Source of the DNA: an uncultured Gammaproteobacteria bacterium
GTDB taxonomy: Bacteria; Patescibacteriota; Microgenomatia; CAZETR01; Amesbacteraceae
Direction of reading: 5' to 3'
DNA: 64,000 nucleotides
NCBI GenBank assembly: GCA_964518565.1
Contig: CAZFGX010000001.1
Location: 798,568 to 862,567, forward strand
Of this stretch, positions 10,412 through 19,499 are shown piece by piece. How positions within the stretch are numbered: the stretch's first letter is position 1; every line of letters starts with the position of its first letter. Made by a program: the position numbers and the translations under genes. The notes beneath the pieces were generated by a model. It saw nothing but the letters and a program-made list of their open reading frames with translations, was not told the origin of the DNA and made no database searches.

Positions 10412-11101
10412 TTATTGTTTAACGATTTTTCCATCTCTGACCAGAATTTGCCGATTCGCTTCAGCGGCAATGTCTGGATCATGGGTTACCATAACTATGG
10501 TAATACCTGCCTTATGCAAGTCTTTAAATAATTGCAAAATTTGCTCTCCAGTTTTGGAATCGAGATTTCCTGTGGGTTCATCTGCCAATAAAAGCGACGG
10601 CTTAGTTACCAGCGCCCGAGCAATCGCTACTCGCTGCTGTTGCCCTCCTGATAACTGCGAGGGTTTATTTTTTAGCTTCTCACCCAACCCTACCCGTTCC
10701 AACTCTTCTTTTGCCAAACGTTCTCGTTCAGTTCTACTCATACCTCGATATATAAGTGGTAATTCGACATTTACCAGTGCCGGAGTTCGTGCCAGCAAAT
10801 TAAATTGTTGAAACACAAAACCGATTTTTTTATTCCGAAATTCCGCCAGTTTATTGTCATTAAACGTCACTACGTCTTCACCATCCACCAAAATATGTCC
10901 TTCACTCGGCCGATCCAGCAAACCAATCAAATTTAATAAAGTAGATTTTCCCGACCCAGACGGACCAATAATGGCCACAAACTCTCCTTCAAAAACAGAA
11001 AATGATGCCTCCGATAGAGCTTTAACCTGAACAGAAGGATCATCAGGACTCGTATAAATCCGTGATACGTTTTCAAATTGAATTACTGGTATTTTTTTCA
11101 T
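10412..11101 (-). CDS. LolD/MacB-type ABC ATP-binding protein
   Basis: GPSGSGKST, LSGGQQQRVAIARAL, LADEPTGNLD. Confidence 0.95.
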   Translation of the reverse strand: MKKIPVIQFENVSRIYTSPDDPSVQVKALSEASFSVFEGEFVAIIGPSGSGKSTLLNLIGLLDRPSEGHILVDGEDVVTFNDNKLAEFRNKKIGFVFQQFNLLARTPALVNVELPLIYRGMSRTERERLAKEELERVGLGEKLKNKPSQLSGGQQQRVAIARALVTKPSLLLADEPTGNLDSKTGEQILQLFKDLHKAGITIVMVTHDPDIAAEANRQILVRDGKIVKQ

Positions 11102-12093
11102 TGGACAACCACGACATCACCCTCTTGCAAGCCAGACGTAATCTGTACTTCAAAATCGCTTTCCAAGCCGGTAGTTACTTTCTTTTTTGTTCCATCTTTC
11201 ATTTGCACCTCACCATCTTTTACTGCTTCAATTGGCAACACCAACGCCCCCTTAGCTTCACCTAACTTCAATTCAGCATCACCATTCAACCCCACCTTCA
11301 ACTGACTACATACTTGGCCTACACTGTCACAAGAAAATGTCACCCAAATAGGCAAAACTGTAGCTCCTGTATCGCCGATTTTCGTTGCATAACCCACACG
11401 AGAAACTGTTGCTGGAATTTTTACATCTTTGAATGCATCCAAAACAATCGTTACGTCTTGATGAACATATACACGAGTAATATCGTCTTCGTTCACTGCC
11501 ACATCAAAATACAATGACGCAGGATCCACTACGGTCATTCCATCGGTCACCCCAACAGTATCCCCAGCCACACTTACTGTACTACTTGTCACAACTCCTG
11601 CAATTGGCGATTTCAATGTCGCATCTCGGACAGCTTTTTGAGCCACCAGCCAAGCATCATAAGCTTTATCTCGAGTCGTCTGTGCACTCACCCGGGTACT
11701 TTTCTCCAAAAAAGATTCAGTACTGTCTTTATTTTTTACGGTATCCTCAATATATTTTGCATTCGCATCCGCAGCCAAATAATTGTAACGTGCCGCCCGT
11801 TCAGTGGCTTGCAAATCTCCCAAATCAAGGCCAGCTAGCCATTCACCTGCAGTTACTGGTTGTCCAGCAAATGCTCTCACAAAAGCCAACTTTCCCGCTG
11901 AGCCAAAAGTGAGCGACGCTTTTCGTTCGGCATCCACTTTTCCAGATACTACCAAAGTAGATACTAAATCTTTTCGTTGTACAGTAGCCGTCTTTACTTC
12001 GACAGTCGTCTTTGTTCTACTTTTCCACCAAAATCCAATAGCCAAAAGTACAATTAAGCCCAAAATATACCGCTTTTTTAAAAATCTCCGCAT
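11098..12093 (-). CDS. MacA-like periplasmic adaptor (membrane fusion protein)
   Basis: N-terminal TM, lipoyl/hairpin pattern (LKSPIAGVV), ITSGLQEGDVVV C-terminus; operon with ABC genes. Confidence 0.88.
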   Translation of the reverse strand: MRRFLKKRYILGLIVLLAIGFWWKSRTKTTVEVKTATVQRKDLVSTLVVSGKVDAERKASLTFGSAGKLAFVRAFAGQPVTAGEWLAGLDLGDLQATERAARYNYLAADANAKYIEDTVKNKDSTESFLEKSTRVSAQTTRDKAYDAWLVAQKAVRDATLKSPIAGVVTSSTVSVAGDTVGVTDGMTVVDPASLYFDVAVNEDDITRVYVHQDVTIVLDAFKDVKIPATVSRVGYATKIGDTGATVLPIWVTFSCDSVGQVCSQLKVGLNGDAELKLGEAKGALVLPIEAVKDGEVQMKDGTKKKVTTGLESDFEVQITSGLQEGDVVVVQ

Positions 12094-12156
12094 AAATATA
12101 TTTTAACATGTGAATTGCAAATTCGTCACAACGTATCTACACTTTATCGAGTAGGC

Positions 12157-14280
12157 ATGAAAACATTATTCCTGTTTTCGATTATCACAGTTGTTACGCT
12201 TCTATTTCTTGCTCCTCAAAAAACCCTAGCCAGATCAAGCCCATTTCGTAAAACTATCGCCCTTGAACTAGACACGCTATGCAATCGCCCGCAACGCGCT
12301 TCTTTCCCTGCCGGGGCAGTTCCCGGCCAATATGTTTACCCACTCACCCAACGCGACATAAACTACATAAAAGATCTCGGAGCATCGTTAGTTATTATCC
12401 AAGGCGGTCCAGCTCTTTGGGCCAATGTTGCCAAAACTGATCCATATGCAAATAATCAAAATCCCGCCAATTGGAACAATACCAATTACAATTGGGAACC
12501 TCTAGATCGAGCTCTGGGCTTACTTCAGTTAAATAATATTGAACCCATCATCCAATCCTTTGGTACTCCATCATGGGCCAATGGCATTTATACCGATTCA
12601 TCTCTAGATTCAGATAATTGTTTTGATCTTCTGGACAACGGCCCCATTCTTCCCACTGCCCATAGCGGGCTTACTGAATATGCCAATTTTATGCAAGCCG
12701 TCGCCACGCGTTACGACGGGACCCATGCACCAAACCCATATCGCTTGGGAGGCTTTATCAGGGTAAACCGTTACATCCTCTGGAACGAACCCAATTATCA
12801 AGATTTCTGGACCGAAATTCGCAACGGTTTTCGTGTTCAAGATGTCGCTCAAGATTCAAGTTTAATAAACAAATTTGTCACCTTAAACAACCAAGCGTAC
12901 AACATGATCAAAGATGTAAATGCTTCCTCAATAATTTACGGCGGTGCTATCTGTGGCCATTGTGAAGGATTTACTTGGCTCAAATCGGCCTACAATGCCG
13001 GACTCAAGCTAGATGCCATTGCTGCCCATCCGTATCCCATTGATTACAATGTCAGTCCTTCAAATCAAACTCCTACCTCCACTCAGCTTTCTACAAACAA
13101 CATTCAAGCCTTAAAAAATCTTGTGGATAGTCTGCCAAATTGGGCAAACAAACCTATCTTCATGTCCGAATCAGGCTACAGAACCCACGAAGGTAAATTG
13201 TTTCCTAACGCTCAAGCAAACGAAGGACCATGGTTGTCTGAGATCTTCAGCATCTCCAAAGCCGTCCCGACCAATTATGGCTGGACCCAATTTTTACTTT
13301 ACCCAGAATCAAATTGGGGCACTGGACTAGTCTCAGATACTGGATCTGAAGCTTCCGATATTCGCTATCCTTCCTATTCAGTCTTCAAATCCACAGCTGA
13401 AATTTACCCCATGGACATGAACAACGACAAAATCATCAATTACAAAGATAATGTTCTTTTCATAAACGAAATTGGCCAATCCAACTCACTACTCAAAGAT
13501 CAAGCCGATCTAAACTCCGATGGCAAAATAAATTCTCTAGATTTCGCCCTCTCTACCAAAAACCGCAACGCCGATTTCCCCTTAACTGTTTCCCTGCCAG
13601 CCAAAGTTCCACTACCCATTAGATACGACGAAGTCACTATTTACCCCGACGGCAAACAAATACTTATTTATGGTTCAAATATGTGGGAAAGACCCAATCT
13701 ATCTACCACCTTCTGGTCAAGTGGACCGTTAGAAACCATATTTTTAGGTCAAAATGCTCCAGTCAGACTACCCAACACTCATATCGATAGCTACTCCGTC
13801 ATCCCTGATGGTGAAAATGCCGGAAGCATCACAGTCACAAGTGACAATCGTCGCTGGTATCGTAACAAACACGAACTCACCTGGACCACCTCCACCCTCA
13901 GCGAGCTTTGGACTGGACACACATCCAACTATCCTCTACCTATCAATGTCATTGAATCAAATACCATTATTCCTGCCGGACTCCCGACTGCTGGTGGTCA
14001 GTTAATTACTTCCGGAAACCGATATTGGTGGCGCAACTCCCAAACGAGCACCAGTTGGACGAGTGGCACATTAGCGGAATTATTCACTGGCCACTCTTCT
14101 TCCACTCCCTTACCCACTACCAAAATAGATGCAGTTATCACTTTTCCATCAAACTCACCTTATCCTGGTTGGCAATTTGTTTATTCAAGCGACCGCTACT
14201 GGTACCGTACCAATCTAAATTCCACCAGTTGGACCACAAATACTATTACCAACTCACTATCAGGCCACCAAGTCTACTAA
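12157..14280 (+). CDS. secreted clan GH-A glycoside hydrolase (GH39/GH5-like) with dockerin-like EF-hand pair and Trp-rich C-terminal repeats
   Basis: Signal peptide; LWNEPN acid/base and MSESGY nucleophile motifs; DMNNDKIINYKD..DLNSDGKINSLD; RYWYR repeats. Confidence 0.8.
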   Translation: MKTLFLFSIITVVTLLFLAPQKTLARSSPFRKTIALELDTLCNRPQRASFPAGAVPGQYVYPLTQRDINYIKDLGASLVIIQGGPALWANVAKTDPYANNQNPANWNNTNYNWEPLDRALGLLQLNNIEPIIQSFGTPSWANGIYTDSSLDSDNCFDLLDNGPILPTAHSGLTEYANFMQAVATRYDGTHAPNPYRLGGFIRVNRYILWNEPNYQDFWTEIRNGFRVQDVAQDSSLINKFVTLNNQAYNMIKDVNASSIIYGGAICGHCEGFTWLKSAYNAGLKLDAIAAHPYPIDYNVSPSNQTPTSTQLSTNNIQALKNLVDSLPNWANKPIFMSESGYRTHEGKLFPNAQANEGPWLSEIFSISKAVPTNYGWTQFLLYPESNWGTGLVSDTGSEASDIRYPSYSVFKSTAEIYPMDMNNDKIINYKDNVLFINEIGQSNSLLKDQADLNSDGKINSLDFALSTKNRNADFPLTVSLPAKVPLPIRYDEVTIYPDGKQILIYGSNMWERPNLSTTFWSSGPLETIFLGQNAPVRLPNTHIDSYSVIPDGENAGSITVTSDNRRWYRNKHELTWTTSTLSELWTGHTSNYPLPINVIESNTIIPAGLPTAGGQLITSGNRYWWRNSQTSTSWTSGTLAELFTGHSSSTPLPTTKIDAVITFPSNSPYPGWQFVYSSDRYWYRTNLNSTSWTTNTITNSLSGHQVY

Positions 14281-14286
14281 ACACAT

Positions 14287-16479
14287 ATGATCAAATCACT
14301 CATCATTATCGGCGTACTAGCTACCACTCTCATCGTTGGTCTAAATTTAGCCAACAGAACTCAACGCATAAATTCAGAAGCAAGCAGTTTCAACACTCGC
14401 CTTTCATTACCAGCGACTTCTACCGCCACAGTAAACCAAACACTATCTCTGCCTGTTATGTTAAATACTGGCACAGCTCAAATCAGAGGCGCGGACGTGG
14501 TGCTTCAATACGACAAAACCAAACTCTCACTCAAATCTATCACTCCCAGTCTCTCTTCATCTTCTTTTACGTATCTACCGATAAACACTTCACATCTATT
14601 TGATATCAACAAAATTCTCCAACAAAGTAGTATTTCCGGCAACAATCAGACAATTGAATTTAACCTGGCCACTACTTCCATAGATAATCCTCAACCCACA
14701 ACCTTCTCCACGAACAACCAACCTATCCAAATTGCTATTCTCACATTCGATACTCTTAGCACTGGCAATACTCAAGTCTCTCTTATCAAAAATGGCGCTT
14801 CAACTACAGATAGTAATATCGCCCAAGCTGACAGTGGCCTAGATATTTTAGATTTTGTAGATAATAGTCTTGTTACAATTTCATCTCCCTCCACTTCCAC
14901 ACCCATTCCACCAACCGCGACAAAAACTCCATCAAACTCACCTACACTACCACCATCACCCACACCCACTCTCACACTCACCCCCACGCCTACACCCAAT
15001 CCGATCGGTTACCTAGACGATGCCACTTGTGCCACAATTTATGGCTGGTCATGTGATCCAAACTATAAAAATATTTCTGCCACAGTAACGATCAAAATCG
15101 ACGGCATTCCTCTCACACTTGTTACCGCCAACCAAACCCGGACAGACTTAAGTTCAGTATGTGGCAACACGACAAATCACGGATTCTCAATAAATACTCC
15201 AGCTTCAGTTTTTGACGGTCAATCTCACACTGTTACGGCCAGCAGCTCAATAAACGGTTATGTTAAAAATCTTACTGGTTCCAAAACCTTACGCTGTGTA
15301 ATCGCCACCGTCACCCCACGTCCATCCCCTACGCCTACAATTCGTCCCTCAATCACACCCACCCCCTCGCCCACCCCCACACCGATACCCACATCAACGC
15401 CCAAGCCTACTGCTACCAAAACCCCCACACCTATCCCTTCCACCACCACCTTCCCTCCAACACTCACTCCTGTCCCCACCACAATTCCCACAGCCACCGC
15501 TATACCCACTCCTATTCCAGATGGCTGGACTCGCTGTGCCACAGAAAACAATTTCTGCGCCTTTACCGGCACAGCTCAAGTCCGCTATGGCTTATTTGGA
15601 GCATATAACTATGGCGTCTTCACCAACGGCGTCCAATGTGCCAATTCTGTTTTCGGCGATCCTTTCGTCGGCTTTATAAAATATTGCGACTACCAATTAA
15701 TATCCACTCCCACACCTACCAAACCTCCCGTGGCCACCTCTACACCAAAGCCCACCACACCTCCTCAATCCACTAGCACCCCCAAACCCACCACACCTCC
15801 AGCCCCCACCTCTACACCTACTCCATCTTCCGATTGGATATATTGTGCCCAAGAACGCGAATTCTGTTCCTTTACAGGAACTGCAGAAATTCGCTATGGC
15901 ACACTCGGCAGTTACAATTACGGCACGTATACAAACGGTGTGGAGTGCAGCAATTCTGTTTTTGGCGACCCTTTCTGGGGTTTACGCAAACATTGTGATT
16001 ACCGCGTAATTACACCCGCTCCTGTTCCCACCCCCACTCTCCCAATCCTAAACAACGTCTTTAACATCTTTTACAACAATCTAGATTCCTCATGGCAAAA
16101 CTGGTCCTGGGATACCAATGTTCAAATTACCGATATTATTTCTACCACCTCAAACTCAAACAACGCTGGATTATATTTACGTAACCGTAACCCTCTACCT
16201 ACCAGCCAATATCAATATCTAAAATTCGATCTCAAAGCCAAACAACTACCCACCACAATTCGCATATTTGCATATGGTCAAAATTCCAACCCGCCTCTAA
16301 ATTCAGGCCTAGACATTAGTTCATACGGAACGATATCCACCCAAAATTTCATTACATTCAAAATTCCCCTATCCCAACTCAATGCAAACCAAACGGTATA
16401 TGGATTTTCATTCCAAATTTACGGCACATCTTCTTCAGGGAAAACAGTTTACCTAGACGATATTGTGTTATCAAACTAA
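14287..16479 (+). CDS. membrane-anchored scaffoldin-like protein: cohesin, Pro/Thr linkers, two Cys-rich repeats, CBM-like tail
   Basis: LPVMLNTGTAQIRGADVVLQYDKTKL cohesin-like start; two W..CA.E..FC.FTG...RYG..C.NSVFGDP repeats; WQNWSW..YLDDIVL tail. Confidence 0.75.
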   Translation: MIKSLIIIGVLATTLIVGLNLANRTQRINSEASSFNTRLSLPATSTATVNQTLSLPVMLNTGTAQIRGADVVLQYDKTKLSLKSITPSLSSSSFTYLPINTSHLFDINKILQQSSISGNNQTIEFNLATTSIDNPQPTTFSTNNQPIQIAILTFDTLSTGNTQVSLIKNGASTTDSNIAQADSGLDILDFVDNSLVTISSPSTSTPIPPTATKTPSNSPTLPPSPTPTLTLTPTPTPNPIGYLDDATCATIYGWSCDPNYKNISATVTIKIDGIPLTLVTANQTRTDLSSVCGNTTNHGFSINTPASVFDGQSHTVTASSSINGYVKNLTGSKTLRCVIATVTPRPSPTPTIRPSITPTPSPTPTPIPTSTPKPTATKTPTPIPSTTTFPPTLTPVPTTIPTATAIPTPIPDGWTRCATENNFCAFTGTAQVRYGLFGAYNYGVFTNGVQCANSVFGDPFVGFIKYCDYQLISTPTPTKPPVATSTPKPTTPPQSTSTPKPTTPPAPTSTPTPSSDWIYCAQEREFCSFTGTAEIRYGTLGSYNYGTYTNGVECSNSVFGDPFWGLRKHCDYRVITPAPVPTPTLPILNNVFNIFYNNLDSSWQNWSWDTNVQITDIISTTSNSNNAGLYLRNRNPLPTSQYQYLKFDLKAKQLPTTIRIFAYGQNSNPPLNSGLDISSYGTISTQNFITFKIPLSQLNANQTVYGFSFQIYGTSSSGKTVYLDDIVLSN

Positions 16480-16511
16480 ATACTTTACTATAATAAAGTA
16501 CCAATCAAGTC

Positions 16512-18635
16512 ATGCATCCACATAAAAAAATCGCTCATCTTTCACTTCTGGTTATTCTCTCCGCTATTATTGCCACCGCTGCCATTATCCGCAATATCCA
16601 TCCACAAAAAGTCTACGCTGCTACCCCAATAGACGACTCCCCCGTCACCAAAAATGTTCTTGTCTTAAATTTTAATCCTATTATAGAAAGCCAAGGTGGT
16701 CAAAGGTTAACTCAACTCAAAAATTGGTCTGATCCACATGCCATTACCACCCAAATCGTAAACGCTTTTCCATCCATTAGCCATGGATATTTATCTATAA
16801 ATGTGACTGAATTCCAGGATTTAGACCAAATCTTTCCGCTCATTGACGGCTACCAATACACTGACGACACATTGCTTACCTGTCTATCAAACACCTCCAC
16901 CTGTCACAATCCCCAGGGTACTGACTACGCTCGAATGTTTACCGACTTCAATATTTGCTCCAAAAATGTCGACGAAATCTGGCTCTGGGGCGGACCATAT
17001 TTTGGCTATGAAGAGTTTAAACCCGTAAATTATTGTGGCAAAACCCAATTTGTCATGGGCTTTAGTTATGAACGTATGTTTGATGAAGCCATTCATGATT
17101 TTGGCCACCGGATGGAATTTGTAGGCAACAATCGTGTGGGTGATGGCAACTGGCAACAAAACGAGTCAAATGCCTGGAATCGCTATTCACTTATCGCCAA
17201 TCATTGTGGCAATGTTCACTATCCTCCAGGTTCTTCAATTCCCCAAGACGAATACATCTACAACAAGTCAGCGTCAGTCAGTTCAGATTGTGACGGGTAT
17301 CTCAACTATCCAGATGGGCCATTCACTCAAACGTCACTCACCTGTAGTGCATGGGGCTGTACCCAGGGTGGCTACGTCCAATGGTGGCTCTCACACATCC
17401 CTGCTAAAACTGGTCAAACTGTTGTCAACAACAAAACCATTTACAACAATTGGTGGAAATACTATGCCTTTTACGACGAGACATATGCTCCAACCCCCAC
17501 AAACACCGCAGGTCAATTTACCAACCTAAATGCGACATTAGAACCAAACAAATCCACTTTCAACTTTGCCTATTCTTCAGCCGCCAGCTCATATCGCATA
17601 GACATGTCTATCAGCGCAGACATGGTGTCTGGCACCTATTTATCATTTGGCCAGGGCACTAGCTCACCCATAGTGGTAAACGATCCCACCAAATGGGCTT
17701 CATACACCTGTGGCACACAATTTTGGTGGCGAGTTGTAACGCCTGAAAACTATATGAGTCCAATACAAACAGCGACAGTAGTCTGTAACAACGTCACCCC
17801 AACCACCACTCCCACTATTGGCCAATATACCAATCTCAGCTCCAGCCTTATTGCTACTCAAGCAACATTCAACTTCAACTACTCAGCCACCGCCAGTGCC
17901 TATCGAGTTGATATGTCCATCACTCCCGACATGTCATCGGGCACCTATCTCACCTTTGGTCAAGGCACATCTTCACCAATCATCGTTACCAATCCCACCA
18001 AATGGGCTTCATACACCTGTGGCACACAATTTTGGTGGCGTGTTATCGGATCTGACAGTTCTCAAAGCGCCATCCAACCCGCAGTGGTCAATTGTTCTAT
18101 CCCTACATCCACCCCGACCCCAATTCCCCCAACTCCCACAAACACTCCGCTTCCCACATCTACGCCCAAACCCACCCCTACACCCATCCCTCCTACTCCC
18201 ACACCAATTAAACCATTAGTTATTTATAGCAATAGTCTGACAGCTCCATGGCAAAATGCCAGCTACGGTGGCTCTACCACCTTCGGTTCAAACATCAAAT
18301 TCGTCTCCACTCAATCAGGTGGTCGAATGTATCTCAGATCTACCACTGCCATCTCTGCTCTGCCCTACAACTTCATCAAATTCTCTCTCAAAGGCAGTAC
18401 TCCAAATCTAAACATTCGTCTCCATGGTTACGGAATTAGTACTTCTACACCCATGGCAACCTACGGATTAACTTCAGCCAAGGGCTCACCGAGCAATTCC
18501 TCCTTTACGTCATACACAGTCGACTTAGCCAAAATAGACCCCACCGATGCCAACATCTACGGTATCGCATTTGAATTATATGGTTCCTCTGTAGGCAAAA
18601 CCCTCTATATAGACGACATCTCTCTGACGAAGTAA
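16512..18635 (+). CDS. secreted modular protein: Cys-rich metalloprotease-like N-domain, two ~100-aa repeats, CBM-like tail
   Basis: Signal/TM; HDFGH; repeated PTKWASYTCGTQFWWRV; PT linker; LYIDDISL tail. Confidence 0.65.
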   Translation: MHPHKKIAHLSLLVILSAIIATAAIIRNIHPQKVYAATPIDDSPVTKNVLVLNFNPIIESQGGQRLTQLKNWSDPHAITTQIVNAFPSISHGYLSINVTEFQDLDQIFPLIDGYQYTDDTLLTCLSNTSTCHNPQGTDYARMFTDFNICSKNVDEIWLWGGPYFGYEEFKPVNYCGKTQFVMGFSYERMFDEAIHDFGHRMEFVGNNRVGDGNWQQNESNAWNRYSLIANHCGNVHYPPGSSIPQDEYIYNKSASVSSDCDGYLNYPDGPFTQTSLTCSAWGCTQGGYVQWWLSHIPAKTGQTVVNNKTIYNNWWKYYAFYDETYAPTPTNTAGQFTNLNATLEPNKSTFNFAYSSAASSYRIDMSISADMVSGTYLSFGQGTSSPIVVNDPTKWASYTCGTQFWWRVVTPENYMSPIQTATVVCNNVTPTTTPTIGQYTNLSSSLIATQATFNFNYSATASAYRVDMSITPDMSSGTYLTFGQGTSSPIIVTNPTKWASYTCGTQFWWRVIGSDSSQSAIQPAVVNCSIPTSTPTPIPPTPTNTPLPTSTPKPTPTPIPPTPTPIKPLVIYSNSLTAPWQNASYGGSTTFGSNIKFVSTQSGGRMYLRSTTAISALPYNFIKFSLKGSTPNLNIRLHGYGISTSTPMATYGLTSAKGSPSNSSFTSYTVDLAKIDPTDANIYGIAFELYGSSVGKTLYIDDISLTK

Positions 18636-18663
18636 CCTAAATACGGTATAATTTGTGAGTCCC

Positions 18664-18770
18664 GGGTGCGTAGTTCAATGGTAGCCCGCTTTCTTGATCA
18701 CGAAGCCGCTTGCGGCGAAGGGATAGAAAAAATTCTCTCGTAAAGAATTTTTGATATAAGAAAGAGGGAC
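18664..18770 (+). pseudogene. degenerate tRNA-Ile-like copy with an insertion in the anticodon loop
   Basis: GGGTGCGTAGTTCAATGGTAG..CTTTCTTGAT [~60 nt] AAGAAAGAGG matches the downstream tRNA-Ile; no T arm or 3' acceptor strand. Confidence 0.6.
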
Positions 18771-18788
18771 ACAGAACATTTTAAATTT

Positions 18789-18863
18789 GGGTGCGTAGTT
18801 CAGTGGTAGAACGCTTTCCTGATAAGAAAGAGGTCCATGGTTCGATTCCATGCGCACCCACCA
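18789..18863 (+). tRNA. tRNA-Ile(GAT)
   Basis: Cloverleaf, CTTTC-CT-GAT-AA-GAAAG, encoded CCA. Confidence 0.95.
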
Positions 18864-18912
18864 AAAATCTCCTTGACGAATAAAAAAATTTTATGCTACG
18901 CTAGATGTAGAC

Positions 18913-19470
18913 ATGAAAAAACTGAAAAATAAATCAGACATTATAAAAACTTCAGTTGCCGTCATCGCTTCTTCATTTGCAGTAGTTCTTGCCACATCTC
19001 AACACTCAGTTTCTTACAACGCCAAAGCCGCAATTGAACCTACCCCTCTATATACGATTTTCAAAGATAGTCTAGCCAGTGGTTGGGAAAATTGGTCCTG
19101 GGGTGGCAAAGCCACTATTACCGATTACATTACATTTGTGACGACCTCCAACAACGGTGGTCTCTATTTACGCAGTAAAACTGCAGTCAACATGAGCCCA
19201 TTTGTTAGCCTACGTTTTTCTCTGAATGCGTCAAATTCAGAAAACATGATAAAAATATATTTTTACGGCGCAGACAAATCTACTCCGCTTAATCCCAAAG
19301 GGGAATACATTCTTCCTTATCGAGTATCTGGATCACAATACAACTACACTCTTCCACTATCTATGATGCACCTACCCAGCAACCCAAGTGTGTATGGTTT
19401 CTCACTCCAGTTTTATGGCTCAAATAGTAACAACAAAGAGCTTCGAATCGACGACATCTATTTGAAATAG
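18913..19470 (+). CDS. secreted stand-alone CBM-like protein
   Basis: Signal peptide + WENWSWGG..GLYLR..IDDIYL domain shared with neighbours. Confidence 0.75.
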   Translation: MKKLKNKSDIIKTSVAVIASSFAVVLATSQHSVSYNAKAAIEPTPLYTIFKDSLASGWENWSWGGKATITDYITFVTTSNNGGLYLRSKTAVNMSPFVSLRFSLNASNSENMIKIYFYGADKSTPLNPKGEYILPYRVSGSQYNYTLPLSMMHLPSNPSVYGFSLQFYGSNSNNKELRIDDIYLK

Positions 19471-19499
19471 ATCCTAGTTTTCTGGTACAAATAATTAGC

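Noticed and set aside
14880-15830. C/A-rich quasi-repeats that could suggest a tandem array or CRISPR
   Set aside because: They are Pro/Thr linker codons; no fixed repeat-spacer period and no cas genes in the window
17500-18100. Repeat pair as a diversity-generating retroelement TR/VR
   Set aside because: Both copies are in-frame domains of one gene, differences are not adenine-specific, and no reverse transcriptase is present
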